Source of the DNA: SAR202 cluster bacterium
GTDB taxonomy: Bacteria; Chloroflexota; Dehalococcoidia; Lucifugimonadales; UBA826
Reading direction: 5' to 3'
Assembly (NCBI GenBank): GCA_022447825.1
Contig: JAKUTY010000006.1
Span: 242 to 64,241 of the forward strand
DNA: 64,000 nucleotides
In this document: positions 36,400 to 45,499 of the stretch, piece by piece
Layout: each line of letters opens with the position of its first letter
How positions within the stretch are numbered: the first letter of the stretch is position 1
Translations under genes and position numbers: made by a program
The notes under the pieces: model-generated
What the model saw: only the letters and a program-made list of their open reading frames with translations
Told to the model about the DNA's origin: nothing
Databases searched by the model: none

Positions 36400-38865
36400 C
36401 TAATCGTTATTAGTAGGTAAATCCAATAATGAATCAAATCCTATAGCTCGACCAGTGCCTCCAGCATCTAATTGTTCTACATTGGAAATAGCATCATTTA
36501 TTACGCTAAGAAGTCCAAATTCAGCCTGTCTATCTAACTGTTGAACTCTTGCTTGTAGAGATTCAAGTTGGGATTTGTAATTTTCTTGAGTCTCATATAA
36601 AGAATCTAATTCTGCAAATTTTGCATCAATTTGAGACTCTAGATCTTTTGCTTGAGCTTCTAATGGAGCAAGAACTTCTTCAAAAATTCTGTCTTGTTCA
36701 TTTTCTATTTCAATTCTTGCAGTTTTTTCCAGGTCCTTAAATGCTTTTTCACTATCTTTTCTCTTTTGATCCAGAGCATCTCTCTCATCTTCCATATTTC
36801 GTTCTAAATTTTTCCTGAGAGCTTTGGCTTCATCCTCAAAGTTATCCCAATTCTGCTTTGTCAAATCTTCAATTTCATCCTGTCGAATTTTGATCCATTT
36901 ATCAAATTCACCCCATGTTTGATCACGAATTGCATCATCATCAGCACCTTCAGATTGCTGCCTCTGCATTTCAAGCATCATACTTTCTTTGTCTAATGCC
37001 ATTTGCTGTTTTCTAATAGGTCGTTCTTGTCGCTCTAATTCTTTTTGTTGATCCCTGAGGGGGTCAATTTGAGCTTCTAAATTTCGAATCCTAGTTTGCA
37101 TTTCTTTAGCACGTTGTTCACGGTTCTTATGAAATTTATGCATTTTATCTTCCATTGCTTCAATTTCATCTTCCAGTGCTTTAATTTGTGATTTCAATCC
37201 TTCAGCTGCAGGAGGCTCATTTGAATTATTTGTTCCATAATATGAATTATCTATAGCAGCAATAGCATTTTCTCTCTTTGATAGTGCATTAGATTCAAGT
37301 ATAGCTAACTCATTTTCTAACGCTGTCAAATCAACAGTACCTTGATTCGAAAAATCAGTAGACTGTGCAGCAGCTTCATCTTTTTTACTTTGAAGTTCTG
37401 TATTTAGTTCATTTATCACTGCATTCAATTCGTCTCGCTTAGAAATAAGGGCAGTTAATTCTGGATTAGAATCTGATGAATTTTCATTTAGTTGATTCAA
37501 CTCATTATTCTTTGTTGAAATTTGAGAATCTTTAAAATTAATATCCTGTTCTATACCGACAATTGTATTCTCTTTATCAGCAATTTCTGCGATTAATGAA
37601 GCATACTCAGGATTATCAATCAAATCATTTCTTCCGTCTCCGTCCGAATCTACAGTACCTTCAATTTGTTGGGGAGTAGAAACTAATGCATCTTGTGCAG
37701 CAGTTTTAGCATTTCTCAATTCAGTTAAGTTAATACGTGCATTTTCTATTTCAATATTCAAAGCTTCAATATCAGAAATTAATGCACTTTTTGCACCAGC
37801 AGTAGAGTTACCTGATGATGACAAAGCATCTATCTCAGCCTGTATTTGAATAACTTGATTATTGTAGTCTGAAATTTTTGATACATATTCTTGTTCTATT
37901 ACCGAAATATCTTTCACAGATGCGGCAGCATCAGCATCATTTTGAGCTGAATATGCTTGAGATCTACGATTCTGAATAGAATCGATTTCGGCATGATAAG
38001 CATTCCATGCATTATCTATTTCAGAATCATAATTACTCCAATCTTTAGCAGGAGCGAAACTTGTACTTGATTGATTAAAAGAATCCCAAGCTAACTGTAA
38101 TTGATCGTGCAAACTATCTAAAAGTTTCCTTCTGTTCCTAATGTCTTCATCCCTCCCCTCAAAACTCCTATCGTCCCAAATATCACTATTTTGCCTATGG
38201 AAATCCTCTATTTGATCAAACACAGGCTGTAGTTGCTCGTCGAGCATCATTCGCTGTTCTTGAATTTCCATGCTTTGGAAATTTAATTCCATCCTGACAG
38301 CTTCAAGCTTCTTTCTTGCTATCCTGTTAGGATCCTGATCTCTTAATTCATTTTCTAAATTTCTAGTCTCATCTTCCTTATCTCTCCTCTCATCATCCCA
38401 AGCATCCCATATCATTTCATTTTGATCGTCAATTAATTCTCGTCTGTCATCAATCTCATCATCCAGACGATCCCATTGATCTTTATGGTCATCATCCATT
38501 TGTCTCCATTGATTGTCTAATTCCTCATAAAATGCTTCTCTAGCTTCGTCCTGGTTCATAAACGCCAAATCGAATTTTTCACGCATTTCATCTTCGAAAC
38601 CTCTCCCCACCTCTTCACCTTGCCTATACAAATCTTCACGTTGATCTTCTAGGGCTTCAATTTCAGCTTCGATAGGATCAATTTGGTCTTGCAAAGCTTT
38701 CATCTGTTCCATCAGAGGATCAACCTCTGTTGTTTGAATCTCTAAAATTTGTGCTCGAGTGTCAACAACACTCTGAGCAGCCTCAGAATCAACAATTCCA
38801 CAGGCCATAAAAGCACCAGAAATCATTAGCGAACCAACAATCTTCAAAATTGCGTTCTTCAACAT
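36400..38865 (-). CDS. giant acidic coiled-coil lipoprotein, paralog B (unknown family)
   Basis: Signal peptide plus lipobox (AFMAC). The N-terminal 40 aa and C-terminal 30 aa are nearly identical in pattern to paralog A. The ATG at 38865 follows an AGGAGA SD; the track TTG start at 38889 is less likely. Confidence 0.75.
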   Translation of the reverse strand: MLKNAILKIVGSLMISGAFMACGIVDSEAAQSVVDTRAQILEIQTTEVDPLMEQMKALQDQIDPIEAEIEALEDQREDLYRQGEEVGRGFEDEMREKFDLAFMNQDEAREAFYEELDNQWRQMDDDHKDQWDRLDDEIDDRRELIDDQNEMIWDAWDDERRDKEDETRNLENELRDQDPNRIARKKLEAVRMELNFQSMEIQEQRMMLDEQLQPVFDQIEDFHRQNSDIWDDRSFEGRDEDIRNRRKLLDSLHDQLQLAWDSFNQSSTSFAPAKDWSNYDSEIDNAWNAYHAEIDSIQNRRSQAYSAQNDADAAASVKDISVIEQEYVSKISDYNNQVIQIQAEIDALSSSGNSTAGAKSALISDIEALNIEIENARINLTELRNAKTAAQDALVSTPQQIEGTVDSDGDGRNDLIDNPEYASLIAEIADKENTIVGIEQDINFKDSQISTKNNELNQLNENSSDSNPELTALISKRDELNAVINELNTELQSKKDEAAAQSTDFSNQGTVDLTALENELAILESNALSKRENAIAAIDNSYYGTNNSNEPPAAEGLKSQIKALEDEIEAMEDKMHKFHKNREQRAKEMQTRIRNLEAQIDPLRDQQKELERQERPIRKQQMALDKESMMLEMQRQQSEGADDDAIRDQTWGEFDKWIKIRQDEIEDLTKQNWDNFEDEAKALRKNLERNMEDERDALDQKRKDSEKAFKDLEKTARIEIENEQDRIFEEVLAPLEAQAKDLESQIDAKFAELDSLYETQENYKSQLESLQARVQQLDRQAEFGLLSVINDAISNVEQLDAGGTGRAIGFDSLLDLPTNND

Positions 38866-39091
38866 CGAAAATCTCCTGTAAGAAATCAATATATTAAATA
38901 ATCATTTATCGTGACAATTCTACTCTCAAATGCGTCATGATTCTAGATACTACACAATTATTCCAGTAATAAGTTTTTTTGTGGTGAGTATGAATACGCA
39001 AAACCAACACGTAAAACCACTTGTATTAAGATTTTGTTGATAATAAACAACCTTTATTTTATAGTTTTTTAATCATTAACTGGATAACAAT

Positions 39092-39526
39092 TTGACTGAA
39101 TACAAAGAAAAATTCAAATATACAGTAAGAGTACGTTGGAGCGAATGTGACGTTCAAGGTGTAGTGTATTACGGAACCTACCTAGACTACATTCACGTAG
39201 TCATGGATGAATATTTCAGAAATATGGGTTTTCTTTTAATGATGGAAGAGGAAAGAAAAATCCTTGATTTAGCTGCAGTAAAAGTTTTACTAGAATATAA
39301 ACATTCGGCAAGAATTGATGACCTAGTAGACCTCAGGTTTGCAATCACTAAAATTGGCAATACCAGCGTCTCTACATCCATCAGTTTTCTGCGAACTGCT
39401 GACCAAAAACTCCTGACCACAGGAGAGGTTATATATGTTAACTTTGATTCTGAGTCTGGAGAAGCAAAACAAGTTCCTCAAAAAATCCGAGAAATAGTTA
39501 ATGAATATGAAGGCACAAATTTCTAA
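39092..39526 (+). CDS. acyl-CoA thioesterase (4HBT/YbgC-like hotdog fold)
   Basis: FKYTVRVRWSECDVQGVVYYGTYLDY is the typical 4HBT N-terminus with a catalytic Asp. 144 aa, TTG start. Confidence 0.7.
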   Translation: MTEYKEKFKYTVRVRWSECDVQGVVYYGTYLDYIHVVMDEYFRNMGFLLMMEEERKILDLAAVKVLLEYKHSARIDDLVDLRFAITKIGNTSVSTSISFLRTADQKLLTTGEVIYVNFDSESGEAKQVPQKIREIVNEYEGTNF

Positions 39527-39538
39527 TTAGGAGTTCAA

Positions 39539-40066
39539 ATGACTGACAAACAATACAAACAAGCACCAGAAATGCAAATAGACCCGTCCAAAAAATATCA
39601 GGCGATTTTAGAATTGGAAAAAGGCGGAACTATTACTATAGAACTTTTAGCTGCAGAGGCGCCAAAAACAGTGAACAATTTTGTTTTTCTATCTAGGGAT
39701 GGTTACTATGACGGTGTAACCTTTCATAGAGTAATCCCAGGATTCATGGCTCAGGGTGGTGACCCTACTGGCACAGGAATGGGTGGACCGGGATATCAAT
39801 TTGATGATGAATTTCACCCAAGCGCCAGACACGATTCTCCAGGAATTTTATCAATGGCAAATGCTGGCACCAGAAATGGAATGGGTACAAATGGAAGTCA
39901 ATTTTTCATAACTTTTGTACCTACTCCCCATTTGGATAATGCACATTCAGTTTTCGGAAGAGTAATAGATGGCATGGATGTGGTTATGGCAATATCGGAA
40001 AGAGATCCAGGGTCATCTAACACGCCTGGAGATGCGATTAAATCCATATCTATTTCAGAAGAATAA
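39539..40066 (+). CDS. peptidyl-prolyl cis-trans isomerase (cyclophilin type)
   Basis: [25 protein letters not shown] and GSQFFIT motifs. Strong SD. Confidence 0.9.
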   Translation: MTDKQYKQAPEMQIDPSKKYQAILELEKGGTITIELLAAEAPKTVNNFVFLSRDGYYDGVTFHRVIPGFMAQGGDPTGTGMGGPGYQFDDEFHPSARHDSPGILSMANAGTRNGMGTNGSQFFITFVPTPHLDNAHSVFGRVIDGMDVVMAISERDPGSSNTPGDAIKSISISEE

Positions 40067-40068
40067 CA

Positions 40069-40881
40069 TTATTCAAATTCAGTCCCAGAAAAGTTCACAC
40101 CATTAGTATCTGCAGCTAAAAACAGAGTTCCTTTAAGTTTGGAATTTGTAAAATCTGCAAACGTTAAATCCGAACCCTCAAAATCTGAAAAATCTAAAAT
40201 TGATTCAGTAAAATCGGACATTTGGAAACTGGAAAATTTAAAGACACACCTTCTTAAATCTGATTTCTGGAAATTTACATGATCAAATCTACAGTTTATA
40301 AATTCAACTCCTTCAGACTTGATATCTGATAATTCAGATCCAGAAAAATCACATTGACTCATGTGAGACCCTGTAAAAACACATGAATTCATCTTCACTT
40401 GATGAAAAGTAGATTGATTCAAATTTACATTTCTAATTCTAGCAAGAGTAAGGTCAGATTTAGAAAAATTGGCCATACTCAAATCTGCACCCCTTAAATT
40501 CACATTAACTAGTGATGAATCAAGAATTGCTGCTCCACCAGATATAAATGATCCACTCAAATTAGAATTAGTGAAATCAACTTTCAAGAATTCTGCCCCA
40601 TACATCACAGCGTCCATTAAGTAACATGAGCTCATGTCAGAAAAAGACATTCTTGATTGGCGTAAATTAACCTGAGCCCAATTTGATTCTGAAGCTTTTA
40701 TGTTATCTAATTTGGCTCCACTTAAATTTGCACCACGAAAATTAGTGCCCCTGAGATCAGAATTCGACAAATCGGCACCTGGCAAAACAATCCTACTCAA
40801 ATTTAAACCACTTAAATCTAGAGAATCTAGAGGAATATCCTCTTTATACATTTCTAATACTTCTTGTTTAGTTAATCCCAT
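40069..40881 (-). CDS. pentapeptide repeat protein
   Basis: About 50 consecutive A(D/N)LXX-type pentapeptides (for example ADLSNSDLRGTNFRGANLSGAKL). Confidence 0.85.
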   Translation of the reverse strand: MGLTKQEVLEMYKEDIPLDSLDLSGLNLSRIVLPGADLSNSDLRGTNFRGANLSGAKLDNIKASESNWAQVNLRQSRMSFSDMSSCYLMDAVMYGAEFLKVDFTNSNLSGSFISGGAAILDSSLVNVNLRGADLSMANFSKSDLTLARIRNVNLNQSTFHQVKMNSCVFTGSHMSQCDFSGSELSDIKSEGVEFINCRFDHVNFQKSDLRRCVFKFSSFQMSDFTESILDFSDFEGSDLTFADFTNSKLKGTLFLAADTNGVNFSGTEFE

Positions 40882-40983
40882 AAAAATATCTTACAAAATC
40901 GGTGAATAAGAAATAAAATATCATGATGCTATTAATTTTTACTACCCAATTATTTTTAACAGACACTCATTACGAAGTTTTTA

Positions 40984-42378
40984 ATGATTAAAACTTTAAT
41001 GTACAACTTGTGGTCCAGAAAAAATGGGTACAAAGATTTGTTATGGATAGCATATCCACTCATTCTCAGTACAAGTGCTTTCACCATTCAAGTTTTCGTA
41101 GATAGAATGTTTTTGTCTTGGTACTCTCCTCAGGCTTTAGCTGCAGCACTTCCTACTGGGGTTTTAAGCTTCAACATCGTAAGTTTTTTCATGGGAACTT
41201 CTCAATATGTAGGCACTTTTGTCGCTCAATACGTCGGAGCAAAATCTCCTGAAAAAATAGGTAATATTCTTTGGCAGGGTATATATTTTTCAGCTATAGG
41301 GGGATCGATCTTAGTAACTTTATCCTTTTTTTCAGAAACAATTTTCAATTTCATTGGTCATGATCCTTTAGTCAGAGAAGAACAATTTAAGTATTGGAGA
41401 TACTTAACAATAGCTGGAATTTTTCAAATTCAACTCGGAGCTTTAAGTTCATTTTTTAGCGGTCGAAATAAAACCTATCCGATCATGTGGGCAAGCTTTA
41501 CTGCTACATTTGTAAACATTTGTTTAAATTATTGTTTGATATTTGGCAATTTCGGATTCCCTGAAATGGGAATTTCAGGAGCGGGATTATCTACTATAGT
41601 AGCAACAATAACAAATGTAACAATTCTGTCTTATTTAATATTTAAACCAAAAAACAATACTCAATATCAAGTAATTTCAGGATTTCATTTCAATCGCAAA
41701 GTTTTTTATCGATTGATAAAATTTGGAATGCCAAATGGCTTCACATTCTTTTTAAACATGACAGTTTTCAGCATATTTGTGTTACTAATAGGCAGAATCG
41801 GAATCATAGAATTAGCAGCGGCCAACATAGCTATGAATGTCGCGATGCTAGCATTTATGCCCATGGTTGGACTTGGAATATCTGTAATGGTATCTGTTGG
41901 ACAGGCTATTGGAGCAAAAACTCCTGATTTAGCTAAAAGAGCGACATATTCAGGACTTCAAATTTCATGGATTTATTTAAGTTTTTTATCCATATTTTAT
42001 ATATTTTTACCACAAATTTTGATCTTCCCTTTTGAATCAAATGCTTCATCAGAAAATTTCAATGAAATTGCTGATTTAACTAAAAATATTCTTAAACTAG
42101 TTGCACTATGGTCATTTTTTGACGCTCTAGGCATCATGATTTCTTCAGGTTTAAAAGGGGCTGGTGATACGAAGTTTATTATGTTGTCTGTAGGAGTAAT
42201 CGGAACTTTTGTTGCAGCAATACCAGTTTATATAGTGCTAGAAATATTCTCTATGGGTATATACGCTGCATTCATAAATGGGACAATATTTCTTGCAGTG
42301 TTAGGTATCACATACTTAATAAGATTCAGAAATGGAAAATGGCAAAATATGAGAGTGATAGAAACAGAAAGTAATTAA
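40984..42378 (+). CDS. MATE family efflux transporter
   Basis: 464 aa, 12 TM. N-terminal [26 protein letters not shown] is typical of NorM/MATE. Confidence 0.8.
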   Translation: MIKTLMYNLWSRKNGYKDLLWIAYPLILSTSAFTIQVFVDRMFLSWYSPQALAAALPTGVLSFNIVSFFMGTSQYVGTFVAQYVGAKSPEKIGNILWQGIYFSAIGGSILVTLSFFSETIFNFIGHDPLVREEQFKYWRYLTIAGIFQIQLGALSSFFSGRNKTYPIMWASFTATFVNICLNYCLIFGNFGFPEMGISGAGLSTIVATITNVTILSYLIFKPKNNTQYQVISGFHFNRKVFYRLIKFGMPNGFTFFLNMTVFSIFVLLIGRIGIIELAAANIAMNVAMLAFMPMVGLGISVMVSVGQAIGAKTPDLAKRATYSGLQISWIYLSFLSIFYIFLPQILIFPFESNASSENFNEIADLTKNILKLVALWSFFDALGIMISSGLKGAGDTKFIMLSVGVIGTFVAAIPVYIVLEIFSMGIYAAFINGTIFLAVLGITYLIRFRNGKWQNMRVIETESN

Positions 42379-42776
42379 TCTTCTCTCTTAAGATTTAAAG
42401 AGGCTGAATTAATACAATACCTCAACCCAGTTGGGGCAGGACCATCAGGAAAAACATGACCTAAATGTGCTCCACAATTTTTACACATTACCTCAGTTCT
42501 AATCATTCCATATGAAGTGTCAGATTCTTCAACTATATTTTTTAAATCAAGTGCGTCAAAAAAACTAGGCCATCCACACATAGAATCGAATTTAGTTTCA
42601 GAAGAAAACAACTCAATTTCACAACATATACATTTATAAACACCAGAATCAGTTACATTCCAATATTCTCCAGTAAAAGCACGCTCAGTTGCCTTATTTC
42701 TTGTAACTTCATACTGAATTGGAGTAAGAAGATTTTTGTACTCTTCATCTGATAATGGTTGTTGATTCTGTGACAT
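42375..42776 (-). CDS. msrB: peptide-methionine (R)-S-oxide reductase
   Basis: [13 protein letters not shown]...CGWPSF...[16 protein letters not shown]...RYCINS shows two CxxC Zn motifs and the catalytic RYCINS Cys. Confidence 0.92.
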   Translation of the reverse strand: MSQNQQPLSDEEYKNLLTPIQYEVTRNKATERAFTGEYWNVTDSGVYKCICCEIELFSSETKFDSMCGWPSFFDALDLKNIVEESDTSYGMIRTEVMCKNCGAHLGHVFPDGPAPTGLRYCINSASLNLKRED

Positions 42777-42800
42777 TTGAATTTTCAGGCCTCATACTCT

Positions 42801-43883
42801 TTAATTTTCATATTTATACACTTTTTCTCTTAACATTGGAATTAAATCTTTACCCCAATATTTTGCATCATTAATTGGATCAAATCCTCTGATCAATAAT
42901 GTAGATGCCCCTAATTTATAATATTCAAGTAATGCGTCTGAGACTTGGTCAGCTGTTCCTACCAACGCTGTTGAATTACCTGTTCCGCCTGTAGCTGCAG
43001 CAATAGGCATAAATAACCGCTGATCAAGAACTTCACCTCGTTTTGCAAAATCAACTAATCTCTGTGAACCCGTCGCTGAAACTGCAGAAATATTAGAGTT
43101 AGTTTTAGGATCAACAGATTCCAAAACAGAATAAGCGCGATCCCATGCCTCTGCTTCTGTATCAGCAACAATAGGTCTAGTGGAAACTGAAAATCTTATT
43201 TCATCAGGATTTCGGCCTGATTTTTTTGCTCTTAATCTAAAATCATAAATCTTTTTTTCTACCTCTGCTAACGGTTCTCCAAAAGTCGCATACACATCAC
43301 ATTCTCTAGCACCAACATTTAATGCCGCTTCAGAAGATCCTCCAAAATAAATGGGAATTCTAGGTTGTTGGTAACATTTAATTGAACTTACAGCATTTCT
43401 GAACTGATAATGAATCCCATTAAAATCAAAGGGGGAGTCTTCTGTCCAAATTCTTTTTAAAATGTACATAAACTCACCAGATCTATCATATCTAGAAGAT
43501 TTATCTAAATAATCTCCATCCATCATTTGTTGATCATCTGATCCACCTGAAATAATGTGGATGGCAATTCTTCCGTTTGTTAACTGATCAAATGTAGCCG
43601 CCTTTCTAGCCAAAACCGTCGGGCTAACAAAACCGGGACGGTGTGCAATCAAAAATCCCACTTTTTTTGTATGAGCAGCTGCATGCATTGCTACTATAAA
43701 ACCATCGGCTGAATTTGAAGAATAACCAACCAATACTTTGTCAAAACCACTATCATCGTGTGCTTTAGCAAAATCTATGATGTGATCGCCGTCAATACCA
43801 GAACCAATTACACTAACCTGACTCTTGGATGATACGTTTTTCTCGGGTGCCGCACCAATCATTCCTATGATTTCTAAACTCAT
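42801..43883 (-). CDS. LLM-class (luciferase-like) flavin-dependent monooxygenase
   Basis: 360 aa. GFDKVLVGYSS..., NGRIAIHIISGG and IPIYFGGSSEAALNVGAR patterns are typical of SsuD/SfnG-like LLM enzymes. Confidence 0.8.
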   Translation of the reverse strand: MSLEIIGMIGAAPEKNVSSKSQVSVIGSGIDGDHIIDFAKAHDDSGFDKVLVGYSSNSADGFIVAMHAAAHTKKVGFLIAHRPGFVSPTVLARKAATFDQLTNGRIAIHIISGGSDDQQMMDGDYLDKSSRYDRSGEFMYILKRIWTEDSPFDFNGIHYQFRNAVSSIKCYQQPRIPIYFGGSSEAALNVGARECDVYATFGEPLAEVEKKIYDFRLRAKKSGRNPDEIRFSVSTRPIVADTEAEAWDRAYSVLESVDPKTNSNISAVSATGSQRLVDFAKRGEVLDQRLFMPIAAATGGTGNSTALVGTADQVSDALLEYYKLGASTLLIRGFDPINDAKYWGKDLIPMLREKVYKYEN

Positions 43884-43895
43884 TTTTTCCTCCCC

Positions 43896-43931
43896 AAAAA
43901 AAAAGGCCCCACCCTTTGAAAGAGTGGGGCC
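43896..43931 (-). terminator. strong intrinsic-terminator-like hairpin plus U9, immediately 5' of the LLM gene's SD
   Basis: Minus-strand RNA is GGCCCCACUCUUUCAAAGGGUGGGGCC-UUUUUUUUU-GGGGAGGAAAAA-AUG. The stem is GC-rich in an AT-rich genome. Confidence 0.6.
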
Positions 43932-43936
43932 ATTAA

Positions 43937-43952
43937 TTAACTAACTAGTTAA
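43937..43952. promoter_or_regulatory. 7-2-7 palindrome TTAACTA-AC-TAGTTAA in the divergent LLM / FMN-reductase intergenic region
   Basis: Perfect inverted repeat between divergent genes, so a candidate operator. No regulator gene is adjacent. Confidence 0.25.
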
Positions 43953-44084
43953 TATTCCCACCTATATTTTTGACAACAACAACTAAAACTAAATTGCTGA
44001 GAACATTCAATTGTGAGAATTTTTAACATGATGGGATAATATACAATTCTTCTCGATTGTCAAATTTTTTCAGGAGAATTTAAT

Positions 44085-44600
44085 ATGAAAAAAGTATCCA
44101 CACTTATTCTTGCTAGCCCATTTCCACAATCATCTTCAGAAAAAATTGCACGTCAATTAGAAAAATCATTGGGTACGGATTGGGCTTTTGAAGAAATTGA
44201 TTTATCCACCCTACCTGCAGATGATTTACTTTTAAGAACCAAAACTCCTAGTGAAAAATTTAATCATTCAGTTAAAAAAATTATGGATTCTGATCTAATA
44301 ATTATTGCTACACCAACTTATAGAGCTACCTATACAGGACTACTAAAGGTTTTTTTTGATCTGTTACCCCAAGATTGCCTAAAGGGAAAAACCAGTATGC
44401 TTATTCAAACTGGCGGTAGCCCAGACCATTTTCTCTCTATAGAAATGGGTTTAATCCCATTAGTAAGAAGCTTGGGATCAAATATAATTTCTCAAACTAT
44501 TTATTCATCACCTTCAGATTGGGACAAAAGCGGTGAAATTAGCATTGAATTATCTTCAAAAATTTCTTCAGCCTCAATAGAAATACAAAAACAAATTTGA
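44085..44600 (+). CDS. NAD(P)H-dependent FMN reductase (SsuE-like)
   Basis: 171 aa. ...LILASPFPQSSSEKIAR... and IIATPTYRATYTGLLKVFFDLL are typical of the FMN_red family. Divergent from the LLM monooxygenase. Confidence 0.65.
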   Translation: MKKVSTLILASPFPQSSSEKIARQLEKSLGTDWAFEEIDLSTLPADDLLLRTKTPSEKFNHSVKKIMDSDLIIIATPTYRATYTGLLKVFFDLLPQDCLKGKTSMLIQTGGSPDHFLSIEMGLIPLVRSLGSNIISQTIYSSPSDWDKSGEISIELSSKISSASIEIQKQI

Positions 44601-45497
44601 TCAAATAATTCCTAATTTTTTACACATTTCCAACATTTCTATCGCGGTTTTTTCATGAGCAATATCAACCATTCCTCCCTGAAAATTCACTGCAGCTCCA
44701 CCCTCTGATCTAACTTGATCCATAGCAGAAACTAAATATTGCCAGTCTTCAATTTCTTGTCTCGATGGAGTAAAAACATCGTTAACTATAGGAACATGAG
44801 ATGGATGAATCACCGTCATGCCTGTATAGCCAATATTACGAGATTGTATTGCAAAATTTCTTAATCCATCATGATCATTTATATCTTGCCACAAACCTGT
44901 TACTGGATATTGAATACCAGCAGCTTTAGAATCTAATAAAACCTTAGATCTCAAATACAAAGTTTCTTGTCCGTCTGGAGTCCATCTGTACCCTACGGCT
45001 CTAGCAATATCACCACCTCTACCTCCAGCAGCACCCATATGAGCAATCCTTTTAGATGAAACTGCTATTTCATATGCAAATCTCAGAGCAAAAGCAGTCT
45101 CTAATATAGGATCAATAAATATAGAGCCCTGAGGTAACCCTTTCTTTTCTTCTTCAAGACTCAACATTTCATCTAATTGTTTTACATCATCTAAACTTTT
45201 CACCATAGGTAAAGTGATTCCATATAATCCTTTCTGAACTACATGTGTAATATCATCTTGGGTTAGGCCACTACCAATTTCATTCACTCGTACAAATACA
45301 GATACTCCAGTAAGAGAAATTTCTTCAATTAAATTGGAAGCATTTTTTCTAGCTTTACTTTTTTCATCTAAAGGAACGGAATCTTCAATATCTAAAATCA
45401 AAGCATCAGAACCATATTTAGGTGCTTTTCTAATCCAGTCTTCTTTATTAGCAGGAACATACATTACTGTTCTAAGCGGTTTTGGAAGATTTTCCAT
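44601..45497 (-). CDS. HpcH/CitE-like acyl-CoA lyase (citrate lyase beta / malyl- or citramalyl-CoA lyase family)
   Basis: RTVMYVPANKEDWIRKAPKYGSDALILDIEDSVP is the CitE-type N-terminus. 298 aa. Lies immediately downstream of a CaiB-type CoA-transferase. Confidence 0.75.
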   Translation of the reverse strand: MENLPKPLRTVMYVPANKEDWIRKAPKYGSDALILDIEDSVPLDEKSKARKNASNLIEEISLTGVSVFVRVNEIGSGLTQDDITHVVQKGLYGITLPMVKSLDDVKQLDEMLSLEEEKKGLPQGSIFIDPILETAFALRFAYEIAVSSKRIAHMGAAGGRGGDIARAVGYRWTPDGQETLYLRSKVLLDSKAAGIQYPVTGLWQDINDHDGLRNFAIQSRNIGYTGMTVIHPSHVPIVNDVFTPSRQEIEDWQYLVSAMDQVRSEGGAAVNFQGGMVDIAHEKTAIEMLEMCKKLGII

Positions 45498-45499
45498 AT

